From Octopus sinensis (Eukaryota): DNA of 64,000 bases. Positions 1 to 12,540 of this stretch are shown here, piece by piece. The notes beneath the pieces were generated by a model that did not search any database, had not been told where the DNA came from, and was given only the letters and a program-made list of their open reading frames with translations. Location of the stretch: positions 124,001 through 188,000 of the forward strand of contig NW_021836146.1 of NCBI RefSeq assembly GCF_006345805.1, given 5' to 3'. Position numbers and translations under genes: made by a program. Position 1 is the stretch's first letter. Every line of letters begins with the position of its first letter.

Positions 1-829
1 GAAAGGGAAAAGTGATAAGAGGAGTTAGTTGCCAGTTCATAGAATTATTAAAGCATGAGGCTAGGTAGATTCTGTTTAGCAGAAGGCTAAATAGCACTTA
101 GGTATTGCTGTTGAGGAAGTCCACTATTCATTATTAGATAGAATGATGATAAAACAGATAAACATAAAAGAGTGAATGAAGTTGTGGGGATTGAACAAAC
201 AAAAGTTCATTCAATCAGCCATTACATGTCATATATTACAACTTCTCAGTAATTGTATGTAGATGCATGACACAACATGAGCAGATAGTCATGGAGTTTC
301 TGGGTTGCTTACACTTCAGAGTTTCCATTTTAAACATACTGAAATGATCCGAAAGAAAGATATTAAACGTATTATTTGGAGAGGCAATGGAGTGCTTGTA
401 ACAAAGGATGTACAAACACATGTCGATCATTAATTTTACAAAATAGATATAGTGTATACCACTGGAAGTGAAAGGCTACACTCAACAAAAAGCTCTATCT
501 GAAATAATAAATTTGTTTCTCTACGCAATGCATCAACGTATTCAACATTTGATCTCTAATTGAATTCTTTGTTTGTTGGAGGGTTAGGATTGGGGGGGGG
601 ATATTTTTAGGAGGGGGTGGGGGTCTGAGTTGATTCAGACAATTATTACTTCGCTCTAAGTCTAAAGCTTTCAAAAGTTTTAATAAATCTAGGTGGCTAC
701 ATTTTTCAGACCCATCACAAAATTTTAATCAGAGGGCAATCTACAGTAATTACTTTGTCTCATCACTTCCAAATTACATAATATTCTACCAATTGTATTT
801 ATTTAAAATCAGCATCAAATACATAGATG

Positions 830-1147
830 CAGGCAAGGCTGTGTGATAAGAAGTTTACTTCTTAACCACATAGTTTTAAATTCAGTGCCATGAAGCCTGT
901 CATACGCCACCTTGGAAAGCAGACATTAAATGAGTGTATGTTTGCCCCTCTACCCCACTGTTACCACCATTTGACAACCAATGCTAGTTTATTTACATCC
1001 CATTAGTAGTTAGGCAAAAGAGACAATAGTAAAAGTACTAGGCTTTAAAAAATAACTAGTGGGATTTATTCATTCAACTAAAACCCTTCAAGACAATGCC
1101 TCAGCTCTGTCACAGTCTAATAACAAAAGCAAGTAAGAGATAAAAGA
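830..1147 (+). mobile_element. Old, diverged copy of SINE family A (tRNA-like head)
   Basis: Degenerate head GGCAAGGCTGTGTGATAAGAAGTTTACTT..AACCACATAG and tail TTTGACAACCAATGCT..GGCAAAAGAGAC..AAGTACTAGGCTT, matching the younger copies at 8989, 21409, 44212 and 63260. Confidence 0.7.
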
Positions 1148-1850
1148 AATATATATTTCTTTTATTAGCAAAGACAACACGAGTTTTTAACAATCTCATG
1201 GTACAAAATTTTAAGACAACTAATAAGAATTTGTGGTAATATAACGTTTTTGTAAGTTCAAACAAAATCAAAGAACTGGCCACACTTAACTCACATTTCA
1301 TTATTAATTACATTTATCAGATAATTACATGATAATTTAAAAAAGAAATACCTAATATTTCAGCAGTAGCAACATTTTAAATATCATTTCCAAAAAAATC
1401 TATCACTTTTTATTTTGATTATTATTACTATTATTATTTAATCAGAACAGCAATGGCTTGGTAGAATCAGTAAGTTATTGGTTTATATGCAGTTTCTCCT
1501 CTCAACAAAGCTTTTTACGGTTCATCTCTTTTGACTTCCAAGGTCTTTCAATTTCTCATTAAAAGAACTTCAGCAAGTGTATACAATGTTATTGATGCAG
1601 TTCATATGTTATGTTCTAGCTACTCTTGAACACAGTTGAAATTATATAAAGAATCTGAAAAATATTAAATTACTTTTTAACACATCTCTATAGCTATAAA
1701 TGTATTGAATTTTCTTAGACAGGTTCAGACACTGTGAAATTACATAGGTTTAACTTCTACTTTGTGCTTAAAGGTAGCTAAGTATTATATAAAGGAATGG
1801 ATACTTGTTATCTGAAAAATGTATCTTTCAAATGACACATTCCTGAGGGT

Positions 1851-2238
1851 CTTTTATTTTTTACTTGTTTCAATCACTGGGCTGTGGCCATGCTGGGGCA
1901 CTATTTTGGAGGGTTTAGTTGAACAAATCAACCCAGGACTCACTTATTATATCAGCCTCTTTTGCCAAACTGCTAAGTTATAAACAAACCAACACCACTA
2001 ATCAACTGGTGATGAGAGAAAAAAACATGCACACACACACACAAAGATATATGCACACCATAAAGATACATGCAAACACATAGTTGTATATAAATACATG
2101 TGACATGCCTCTGTCTACCAAATCCACTCACAAGGCTTTGGTCTGCCTGGGGCTACGGTAGAAGAGCAAGATGTCATGCAGTGGGACTGAACCCAGAACT
2201 ATGTGGCTGAGAGGCAAAATTCTTACTACACAGCCACT
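1851..2238 (-). mobile_element. SINE family A copy, diverged
   Basis: Reverse complement of the family A tail (TTACTTGTTTCA..GTGGCCATGCTGGGGCAC) and head (GCAGTGGGACTGAACCCAGAACTATGTGG..CACAGCCA), with an internal (CA)n. Confidence 0.85.
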
Positions 2239-2244
2239 GTATGA

Positions 2245-3170
2245 AATGAGAGAGGGTCATCCAGTGGTTGCTAGTTCTAGATCACTGATATCCTGACTCT
2301 TGCTTCTGTCATTTACACTAATGCAATAACGAATGACAATTAGTTTCTTTCTCCATGATAAATTTCATTAATGTAGTCTCCAGTGCTACATCAATGCAAT
2401 GTCCTCTTGATTGTTACCAGTTATGAGGGTATCATCTACATATCTTACTTTGGTTACAAGTTTACGTGTTGTACTTTCTGCAACTAAGTTTTTGAATTAG
2501 CCTATGTAACCATGTTAACCATTAAAGGTGGAAATGGTGAACCTAAAGCCATCCCTTCTTAATGTTCATAAATTTGAATTTTGACTCAGGTGTTAGCTAG
2601 TTTTAATTACAGTGTTATTATTTGCATGATGTTATCACATGGTATTTTCATGCAGTTTGGCAAAATTTGTTCAGAGAAAATACCGTGTCATATTTAGTCA
2701 ATGCTCTTTACATTTTGAATTCAAATTCCACTAAGACCAACTTTGCCTTTCAACTTTCCAAGGGTGATGAAATAAAGCACCTATCAAGTTCTGGCTTGAC
2801 ATAATCAACTAAGCCCTCCTCTCAAATTTCTGGATTTGTATCTCTATAAGAAATCCCTTGTGGGTATTTAAAGAGTCTTTCTAGCCAGGCAGTGCCTTGT
2901 TTCTTGAAACCATTGTAAATAGGTTCATCACATCAAGGCTAACCATTTGACAGGACATGACTGACCGGTGATCAACTAATTCTACAAAGTGTGCTGAATA
3001 TTTCTACTATGAAGAATTTCTGTTCATGAGAGAGGTAGTAGACAGCATATAGCTCAGCAAAAGACATATTAAGTCTCAACACTAGTAACAGGCCTTTAAG
3101 TTACCATAGGTTTATGTATTTGGTGAAACTCACGTATGTGGTACTTTGGATAGACTGTTTGTATTAAATC
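2245..3170 (-). pseudogene. Decayed Penelope-like element (PLE) reverse transcriptase, interrupted by a SINE-B copy
   Basis: Manual translation across stops and frameshifts gives PLE RT motifs in the correct order: QIHKPMVT*RPVTS (cf. KIHKPGVPLRPIVS), MVSLDVMNLFTMV (cf. LVSFDVVSLFTNVP), EGMALGSPFPPLMVNM (cf. GMAMGSPLSPVLANIFM), RYVDDTL and MKFIMEKE (cf. IKFTMEKE). Confidence 0.85.
2640..2855 (+). mobile_element. Old SINE family B copy nested in the Penelope-like RT
   Basis: TTTGAATTCAAATTCCACTAAGACCAACTTTGCCTTTCAACTTTCC matches the family B core seen at 26667. Confidence 0.7.
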
Positions 3171-4373
3171 AGTAATTTGTGCTAATTTGAAGCCTGTTTC
3201 TGGGTTTAGATGACTGATGTAGTACTGTAGTTGAGCAACATTGTGTGATATTAGTCCTTACTGTTAAATAATATGAAAGATCATTATCAAAATTACTACC
3301 ATCTTTTTTATTATAAATACATTTCTGTATAAAAAAAAGGTTGTGTACATGAAAAGGGGTGTGGGGAGATTGTGTAAGTACATATTGCAACAAGATAAAT
3401 ACAAGGCAGTATTGTGGTACTCCAATTGAAGAATTGCATATTCTGGATATTTTATGTCATTTTTTAAAGATGTGTTATGTAATTTTGTGAAGGAAGTTTC
3501 TTTGTTTCCTAGAACTTAAAACAGAAGACATCTTGAGAAAGTTATATTTTAAAGAATATGATTCTGTTATATGACTTGCATTTTATGTTTTGAACATGCT
3601 CTATTATTCAAGGATGCTTCTTGTAATTTGTGACACCAGTTTATAACATCACTTTTTTTTTCAGACATAGTACATCTAGAAAAACTTCAACTTCTAAAAG
3701 GGTACAATGATCTGATCGTGATTTGGTAGCTATTTCTAAGAGGTTAAACAACCAGGTAGAGGGCTCTTTGTTTCTTGTCATCTTAGGTATATTGTGAATG
3801 TGTCCTTGATAAGTGGCCACCAGAAGAACAATAAATATTGATAACTTTATGTTGGAAAGAATTTTAAATAGAAGTAACATGACAAATGAAAATATAAAAA
3901 TATAAATATTTATCTGAATAAGTCTTTAAGATGCATTGTTTTAAATTAAATATTTGAAAAGGTCTGGTGTATTGTATTTTACCAATTACAATCCAAAAAC
4001 AAAATAAAAGTTTACAATACTATTTGTTCTATTAATTTCAGATTCTGGTTAGAATAAATTAAATGCATAAATTGATTAATATAGAATTATGGAGAAATAA
4101 GGAAATAGCATTTACACAGTGATACAAAAATCAGTAAAAATAAGAGAGGAAAATAGCAGTCTGTAATTTTGATTATTACATCAGAGTGTAAAATACTTGT
4201 TAGTCTAATTCAGAAAAATAAATGGAAAGAAGAAATTTTGGTCATTACAAATTTCAACAAAGAAGAGCTTAATTATAAATGGAAATTAGTGACAAATGAA
4301 TATTATTTGTTCTGAAAATCAATGCTGAAAATGGGTGGGATTAAAATATGGCTCCACCCCATTTTGTTTTATG

Positions 4374-4379
4374 CTCTCT

Positions 4380-4418
<39 letters not shown>

Positions 4419-4920
4419 TTAGTATTTTACTCTAAGCATAAAACAATTTTAGGTAAGGTTATAGACTATTTCAGACAATTTTTCAGACTATTTTATGCTT
4501 TGAAAGATACTCTTTGAACTTCTGATGGGTTTAGATACTGATTTAATGGGTGTTATGGAATTATCAGACTGTGCAAAACAGATTTGGCCAATCCTCTATG
4601 AAAACTTTTTCTTTCATAGTGAAAAGGAGAAGAAAAAAAAGATAGATGTAAAGATAAAAAGAAAAGAGAGTGGCAACAAAGACATGAGTACAAGAATGAG
4701 AGAAAAAAATAGAAGAAGCAAAAGGATTGAGAGAAGAAAGGAAAGAACAAATAAGAGAAATGAGAGAGAGAGAGAGAGCAAAAGAGATATAGAGAAGGAG
4801 GAATAGATTAAATAACTGAACAAGAGATAGACTGAATGAGAGATAGAAATGATGAGGAAAGACAGAAAGTGAGAAACTAATAGACACAAGACTGATAAAT
4901 AAAAAAAGTGAGAAGGTGTG
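4374..4920. repeat. (CT)n microsatellite followed by a purine-rich (GA/GAAA) low-complexity tract
   Basis: Visible directly; it accounts for the low-complexity ORFs at 4335-5129. Confidence 0.9.
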
Positions 4921-5253
4921 GAGTGAAATTATTGATGATAATGATAAGAGTAAGATACATGTATTAATGTATTAAGAGATGAAAAGTCTGAGAGATTGTG
5001 GAAAATAAGACACAAAAATCGTGTTTGAGAGAAAGATGAAAGAAAAGTGAAGAATGAAAGAAAAGTGAATGAAAGAACTGGGTACAAAGCGCAAAAACTG
5101 AAATATAAAAATGAGAATATGAAAAGCATATACGTATTATTGTTAATATATTATTACAACTTATAAATTATAATTCGATACTGTTCATTATCATTATATA
5201 TATGGCATTATTATTACAGCACTGACGCAATAATCTACAGCAGGATACCCATC

Positions 5254-6332
5254 TTATCGGGTTATCCCATAAATAATGCGTTTTTTTTTTATACTCCTTT
5301 TATTTTTCAGAATTAAAATAAACAAAGTTCTTTTCTAATCTAAAATATACTCTCCTTCATTTTCTACAATGTTCTTCCATCTATCTGGTAGACTTGAAAG
5401 GCCCCTATTCCAAAATTCATTTGTCTGTGACGAAAAATACTCTCGAAACCAAAGATGGTTGTTTTTCTTCTAGTGCTCATTCAAACTGCTCATGCTGCTC
5501 ACAGTGGATCTCCTTTGCTATTGTTTGGTATGGGTTTAAAAGTTAATAGTGGACTAAACCTCTCATATACTACCAAACAGATAACAACACCTTATGTAGG
5601 TGAAGACCTTTATCCTGTAGTATCAGTGTTTCTCCTTTCCCTACCCATTGTCTTCAGTGCTTGACAGTTTTATAGCGAACCCATTTCTCATCACCAGTCA
5701 CTATTCAGTCCAAAAAAAGGTTCATTCATGAGACATGACAGACAGCAAAGAAGAACACTTATTTACTCTTTGCATGCAAATAGACTAGGAAAGTTTAAGA
5801 GGAACCCACTGACCCAATTTGCTGACTTTTCTGATGGCATGCAGGTGTCAATGAATAGTTGAATGACCAGATCCAAACATCTCTGTTTGTTCCTCAACAG
5901 TTAAAATGTGATTTTGTTCCACCAGGGTTTGCAGGATGTCTCTGTTGAGCACTACAGCTCTTCCAGAAAAAGGCATGTCTTCTGGGCTGTAGTTTCCAGC
6001 TTGGAATTTCTGGAACCACCTTTGACACTGGCTTACATATACAATCCCCGTATACTGCTTTAATATTTCTCATACTTTCCATTGCGCTGTTGCCTTTATT
6101 GAACTCATAAAGCAAAATATGCCAAATATGCTTTGCCACTTCCATTATATCTTTGAAAAAATAGCTGTTAAAGTTGAAACAGCACTCTTCAAAACTTGCA
6201 GTAAGAATAGGGACAAGATAAAATTACTACCTGCTTTTATAGCAAGTTGATGCTGGTAGTTTATCTTGTCCCCCTCCAACTTTTAGTTCATGCAATTGAA
6301 AAGAAACACATTATTTATGAAATGATCCAATA
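5254..6332 (-). mobile_element. Decayed mariner (Tc1/mariner) transposon with an internal deletion
   Basis: Imperfect TIRs: TATCGGGTTATCCCATAAATAATGCG at ~5255, versus the reverse complement TATTGGATCATTTCATAAATAATGTG ending at ~6332. Transposase remnants: MEVAKHIWHILLYEFNKGNSAMES (N-terminal HTH), SKLGQWVP, VTGDEKWV (first catalytic D), LHLHKVLLSVW, and the C-terminal EFWNRGLSSLPDRWKNIVE. The HDNA/YSPDLAP region is missing. Confidence 0.93.
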
Positions 6333-6439
6333 CTTATTTCCTAAACTACTTTATTTCTCAGCTCTTTGCTTATTGAAAAACTGTACTGTGAGATATATTG
6401 TTTATTCAGAACATAAACATCACCATTGGCTTAGGAAAT

Positions 6440-6635
6440 GACAGTATGAAGACACATGGAGACAAATACATACACACACAACAGGTTTCCATACAGTTTT
6501 CATCACAAGCGACAGGGCATTATCCAACCCATTGCCATAGCAGGAGACACTTCACCAAGGTACAACATAGTGAGATCAAACTGAAACCCCGCAGTTACAA
6601 AGTGAGCTTGTAAAGCTTCATAACTACATAGCATT
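6440..6635 (-). mobile_element. Very old SINE family A-related fragment
   Basis: Degenerate GCCATAGCAGGAGACACTTCACCAAGG..CAAACTGAAACC, similar to the reverse complement of the family A head. Confidence 0.5.
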
Positions 6636-7446
6636 GCAAATACATGTCGTTTTGAAAATATTCATATCATTTATGTCTTCTATACTTGGTCAGTAAGCTG
6701 TACAAATTCTCATAATGTTTTGTTTGGTATGGAAAGAGCACAGATGGTGATAATGTTTTAAGCTGCTGAAAGCCCTTTTATTGAAGACACATCAAACATG
6801 CAAAAGTAAATTTATGTTCAACTCATTTCCTAGCATATTGTCTCAGTATTTCAGTGCCAACAAATAAACTGCCAATATGCAAATAACCATAAACTAATGC
6901 ACGTTGTTCATTGCATTTTTCATGAGTTGTTGTAAACCTCTCTCTATCTCTCTCTCTTCCTCAAATATATAAATTCACTTGACAAGCCAGTAATGACCAG
7001 GCAAATCTAGTCAAACTGTTCTTGGGTCCATCTTGCACAGAGTCAGTCATTTAATATTAAGATTTATTTACACAGTGATACTAAATGTATGTTTATTAAA
7101 CAAATACAAGTAAATATATTATCTCTGTGTGTATGTGTTTGTCTCAGGATGTCTTCATGTTGGCAATGCTTGACCACCAGTAACATTTGTTAATACTTGT
7201 AAAAAATATCCGATAGCTCAGTTTTATTGTTTTTTTACACAAAAAGTAAAGATACCTAACTTGGAAGTGTACAAAGTTATTGAATAGTGCCTAAGTTTTA
7301 TCTAACCTTTGCCAGTATAGAAAAAGAGGACATTAAAATGAAGAGAAGAACACTACATGTATATGCATATATGTAGTCATATAACAAAATCACTCTTGCT
7401 AAACTATAAAATAGGCCTTATTACAACATTATAGCAAGTTTTCAAG

Positions 7447-7695
7447 GGTGGTGAGCTGGCAAAATTGTTAGCATGCTGGACGAAATGTTTAGTGGTATTT
7501 CGCTCATCAGTCTGTCCTTGTTTGTCCCCTTTGTGTTTGGCCCCTTGTGGGTAATAAAGAAATAGGTATTTCGCTCATCACTATGTTCTGAGTTCAAATT
7601 TCACTGAGGTTGACTTTGCCTTTCATCCTTTCAGTGTCAATAATCGATTATCCTCTCCCCCAAATTTCAGGCCTTGCATCTATAGTAGAATGGAT
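7447..7695 (+). mobile_element. SINE family B copy carrying a nested 5'-truncated B tail with a 16-bp TSD
   Basis: Head GGTGGTGAGCTGGCAAAATTGTTAGCA. GGTATTTCGCTCATCA is duplicated at 7494-7509 and 7565-7580 around a 55-nt insert ending AATAAAGAAATA. Confidence 0.88.
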
Positions 7696-8904
7696 TATAC
7701 CAAGTTTTCAATTAAGCAATCTTTTTTATTATATCATGTATTCTGCATACTCTACACTGAATTATGGATTTGCCACATATCATTGTGAAACATTCTGTCT
7801 TGTGGATTTTACAATTCACTTGCATTCCCAAATTTGCAATTTTTAGCCTTCCTAATTATTATTTGACAACATCAATTCCATCATATTGAAAGTAATGGTA
7901 TATAACATTTATGAAGATGTTTTGTTCCTTCAGGTTGCCTTCTCAGATACATGACTCTTAAACTCCAAGATTTGACATGATGCTTCTTGTTATAAGAATG
8001 CAGTGTTATTGTTATGTCATCATTATTATTACATAAGTGAACAACCACCATCTTCCACATTCCTAACATTTCAACTACTAAAGTGATAATACCAGAATAA
8101 ACAAACAACTATAATACACACACATCACTTCAATAAACCCATAAACATCACAATAATTCTTATTTTATCACATTAGGATGCTTTTATTTTCTTTTGAATT
8201 TGTTCTTTTCTATATTTCCATATTGCTTTCTATTCTTGCAGAATATAATAGCACTGAAATATTGCCAGTTTTGTCAATTATTTGATCAAAATATAGGCTT
8301 CTTCAGCATTAAGGACAGAAATACGTAGCAATACAATAGTAAAAGCAGAAATTTCCAATGTATGATTAAATATTCTTCTCATTGACAGACAAATTGATTG
8401 AAGGCCATGCAACTGGGCAAAAGTTACAGGAATAACTGATTGCTTATAGTAATGGCAACAGCTTGAAAAGTATCCAGAAAGACAGATAGAAGCTATAATG
8501 AAATCACGTCTTGCACAAAAAGAATCAGAAGCTATATATCTGACAAGACATAAAGCTAAGTAGATTGATCGGTGTACTTAATATTACATAATCCTTATTG
8601 ACAAGAAAAGGGGTTATCGATTGGTGTTGACCATTTCTTCCGCTGCGTTAGAGCCCAATCAAATTTTATGCTAGTCTCGTTTCACAGGACACAACAGAGA
8701 TAAAGAAGACAAGAGAAAATTACATAGGTGAGAGAAAGGAAAGGAATGATTAGGGGATAGAATTATGTTAATTAATAATACTTGAGTCCAAATTCAAGAA
8801 ATGGCTATAGATTGACTACTTAATCCATTGATTTATAAACACAGCCAGCCAAACAAGTCAGAATACGAGAAAATGGAAACAAATTTAAAGAATTATAGAA
8901 GTGT

Positions 8905-9525
8905 ATTCACAAACATACATGATGTATGTGTGAGTAGTGTATATATATATATATATATTCATATGTATGTGTGAGTAGTGTATATATAGGAGTGGCTGTG
9001 TGGTAAGTAGCTTGCTTACCAACCACATGGTTCCGGGTTCAGTCCCACTGCGTGGCACCTTGGGCAAGTGTCTTCTACTATAGCCTCAGGCCGACCAATT
9101 CCTTGTGAGTGGATTTGGTAGACGGAAACTGAAAGAAGCCCGTCGTATATATGTATATATATATGTGTGTGTGTATGTTTGTGTGTCTGTGTTTGTCCCC
9201 CTAGCATTGTTTGACAACCGATGCTGGTGTGTTTATGTCCCCGTTACTTAGCGGTTCGGCAAAAGAGAACGATAGAATAAGTACTGGGCTTACAAAAGAA
9301 TAAGTCCCAGGGTCGAGTTGCTCGATTAAAGGCGGTGCTCCAGCATGGCCGCAGTCAAAATGACTGAAACAAGGAAAAAGAAAAAAGAAAGAATAAATAT
9401 ATATATATATTCATATGTATATGTGAGTAGTGTATATATATATATATATATTCATATGTATGTGTGAGTAGTGTATATATATATATATATATTCATATGT
9501 ATGTGTGAGTAGTGTATATATATTC
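8905..9525. repeat. Compound minisatellite, unit TTCATATGTATGTGTGAGTAGTG(TA)n, about 5 units, split by a SINE-A insertion
   Basis: Two units lie before 8989 and three after ~9395, with an almost invariant core and a variable (TA)n. Confidence 0.85.
8989..9394 (+). mobile_element. Full-length young SINE family A (tRNA-derived head, internal TA/TG microsatellite, A-rich tail)
   Basis: A-box-like TGGCTGTGTGG and B-box-like GGTTCAGTCCC, then CCTTGGGCAAGTGTCTT, and a tail ending GACTGAAACAAG(G/T)AAAAAG. Near-identical to the copies at 21409, 44212 and 63260. Confidence 0.95.
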
Positions 9526-10049
9526 ACACAAACTGGATTATACACACACACACACACACACAAGAATATAAGTGTAAAACAAAGGGTAAAAACAGTATTC
9601 AGTTACCAAAGGTAGAGTACAAAAGTATTTTATTGAAGCTGAAAAGACGTCACAATCTGTTACTCAGAGGTTCACATGACCGATTTCAGACAGTCAAGTG
9701 TATTTAGAACAATGAAATGCTTTATAAATATTCCTGAATATTCATAATTACTAAGTAAACATTTAAAACTGACTGAGCAGGGAAAGTTGCTTTTTGAAAT
9801 AATGGGAATACAGAAAATGAGAAAGACATTATCGGATATAAAATGTAACTAGTGATAAAATATTAGGAATTAAAATGGAAATTAAAATCAAAAATTATTT
9901 AAAGGAATCAAGAGAAAATGAGAACCACAAAATAGATGAAAAATAATAAGCTTATTAAATTGTGGTCATGGATGAAAATGGAAGAGAAACACATCAAAGA
10001 TATGGAGAAAGAGAATGAGAAGAAATATAAAAGAAAACGCTGAAATTAA

Positions 10050-10530
10050 GAGATACATACAAGTATCCGTTACATTAATGTATCATGTAACCAACACAGG
10101 CAACATCACTCTAACGTTGAATGTTACAATAGACACAAATAAACCTACAGTCTCCAATACACAGCCAACCAACAACTGCTCAATGGGAGGAGCCTAGCTC
10201 TCAAGTGGTGTGGTCCTATAGAGCCACTCTCATTCCATCTGATGGCATAACGCAAACGTGAGAGCTAATAACTTCAAGGGAAGGTATACACAGTATATGC
10301 ACTCTTTCAAGTGCAAGAATAGGGAAAATATCTAAAACCTATCTGTCCTGTTTTATATGGAGGTTCTATGATCACTGGAATGACTTCCCCAACATTGAAT
10401 AGACTATCATTGAAGGCGCCCTTCCATACTCACCTAAAGCATGCAAATGCCAATTGTGTATGCATAACTGTTGGAGGGTGGGATCTATTTATATTTGTGT
10501 CACTTTGTCTCGACATCGAAATGAGCATGA
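10050..10530 (+). pseudogene. Decayed GIY-YIG endonuclease and C-terminus of a Penelope-like element
   Basis: Translation across lesions: NCSMGGA*LSSGVV/YRATL (cf. NCPLNGECLSSGVVYKAT), NNFKGRYTQYMHSF (cf. FKERYxxHxxSF), TYLSCFIWRFYDH..IE*TIIEGALPYSPKACKCQLC (cf. TELSKYIWKLKD..WSIL..A.PYS..SKRCQLC) and SRHRN (cf. CRHRN). Confidence 0.75.
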
Positions 10531-12049
10531 AATGAAATGTTACAAGTAAGCATTGGCAACAAGAGTAGATTCAACATAAAAATCTGCTTCAAGAAAGACC
10601 CACACAAGCATAGAAAAGTTGATGCTAAAATAAGAAGTAGGAGGATATATATATTATTCAAAGTGTACAGTATTATATATCCATTATGGCCGAAATCACC
10701 AATCAGTTTTGCACTAGGGGTTCAATGGAGTGTTAGGTAACAGTCCAATTATGTAACCCTGTGCTCATCAGAGGTAGCCATTATAGAATGAAATGGAGGT
10801 GCATGAACACATATGTGAAAAAAATGATGAAACAATTCAAGCAGGTGATTGAGTTAAGAGTTATGTCCCTTGGTACCAAAACCTCATTGTTGTAAGCCAG
10901 CAAGAGTTTTCTGAAAAGTGTTTGTGGGAAATGTGTGCGCCTTCAAGGTTGATGTTCTTGTGGAAATGGAGTGTGTGCAATGGTACTATATGTACAGCCT
11001 TTGTGGGGAGGGGGAGATACACTTCTGTGTTTGTTAGTGTTTCCTTTCCTTTATGTATTGGTTAAATTCGTGGGGCATTTATGTGTGCATTTGGTGTGTG
11101 TGTGTGTGTGTAGGGGTACAATATATATACAGTATGTGCATGTGTATGAATATATATATTCATTCGTGTTCACACATACACACACATATGATTATGAGTG
11201 TTTGTTAATCTAAATGAAACAGCAAAGAAGACTTCAATAATTATTCACAGAAACACGTTTGACACTGATGAATCAGAAAGAGGGAAATGAAAAAAAAAGA
11301 AAACAACTGAATCAATTTTCCTCAGAGAGAAATATTTTCAGCAAAAGCAAATCATCCTGACATTAGATTACGTAGTTAAAACATCAATTTGAAAGCATTA
11401 TAAAACCTTTCAGGGCAACTATAAACAAGAAATAACAAATATTAATACAATAAAGAAGGAATATAGCAAATGATAAAGGAATATTTAAAATATCCTTCAA
11501 GTCCAAAACCTTTAATGTAACAGACAGAAACATTTTCAAGTTTCATAATTTTTCTGTCTATAATATTAAATGAATCATATATCTGTCGTAAAACGATGCT
11601 TTAAATTCTTCGATAAGAAAAATGATGCATCATCAATTAGAGTTTAAGATACATAGTTTAAGACTGCAAGATAAGAGATTGTCTAAAATATGTCACAGGG
11701 AGTGCAGTATAGACCTCAGTAAAGGAGGTTATTCATCGTCTAAACTAAAACACTGGCACCTAACCTATAAAAAAACTGAGTAGTCCTATAATATGTTTCA
11801 CAAAACATTTTGCAATATAGAAGTTCAACATTTTCCTAAATTTCTGTGGTACTGACCTCTATATCCTTTAGAAATCAGTAAAAGATAAACAAGAATAAAT
11901 TAAGAATTTGATGAAAACTATAAACAAAATGAAATTTATTTTGAAAAGTCTATTATGCACATATGATGATATATGTATCAAGTAAAAACATTGCTCTTCA
12001 TATTTAGCATATTTAGTACTTCGTATGATTTTCTGAACACATATATATA

Positions 12050-12215
12050 ACAAGTGTAGGATGTGTAGTTAAGAAACTCTCTGCACACTTAGATGGTTTG
12101 GAGTTCAGTTCAGTTCAACTTTGCAGTACCTCGGGCAGATGTCTTCTACTATAGCTACTGGCTTTCTGGGTGAAATTGCTTGATAGAAACTGCAAAACTT
12201 TCCTTTTACACATAA

Positions 12216-12251
<36 letters not shown>

Positions 12252-12485
12252 GCATGCGTACATTTCTTGACATCAGATGCTAACTGTACTGTACGTAGGC
12301 TTCACTATCATATGATTGGCACTGTTTGTCTGAAATCTTCAATAAAAACGTGTTCTGACTAGGAGAAAGAAGGGAGTGAGGGCAAGAGGAAAAGCATCTG
12401 ATCACCAAATTTCAGTGTCAATGGATACCTTTTGATCCATGCAAGCATGGGAAAGTTGATATTAAGACAATGAATGATGATGAAT
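12050..12485 (+). mobile_element. Diverged SINE with a family A-type head and an RTE-type (GAT)n tail
   Basis: Head CCTCGGGCAGATGTCTTCTACTATAGC, (TG)n middle, and tail GCAAGCATGGGAAAGTTGATATTAAGAC..GATGATGA. Confidence 0.65.
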
Positions 12486-12540
12486 AATAATAGGTAATCT
12501 AAAGCTGCTTTATTATATATTTTGAAAACTTGGAGTTTAG

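Noticed and set aside
1140-1654. Possible terminal exon on the minus strand (acceptor at ~1655, AATAAA at ~1160)
   Set aside because: All frames stop within 13 codons and AATAAA is common in AT-rich DNA; unsupported without transcripts.
4335-5129. Hydrophobic or highly charged ORFs resembling membrane or coiled-coil proteins
   Set aside because: They derive from (CT)n/(GA)n low-complexity DNA; the same applies to 14281-14537, 22311-22726 and 34140-34690.
8989-9060. tRNA-like A and B boxes as a tRNA gene
   Set aside because: No complete cloverleaf; it is the head of a multi-copy SINE.
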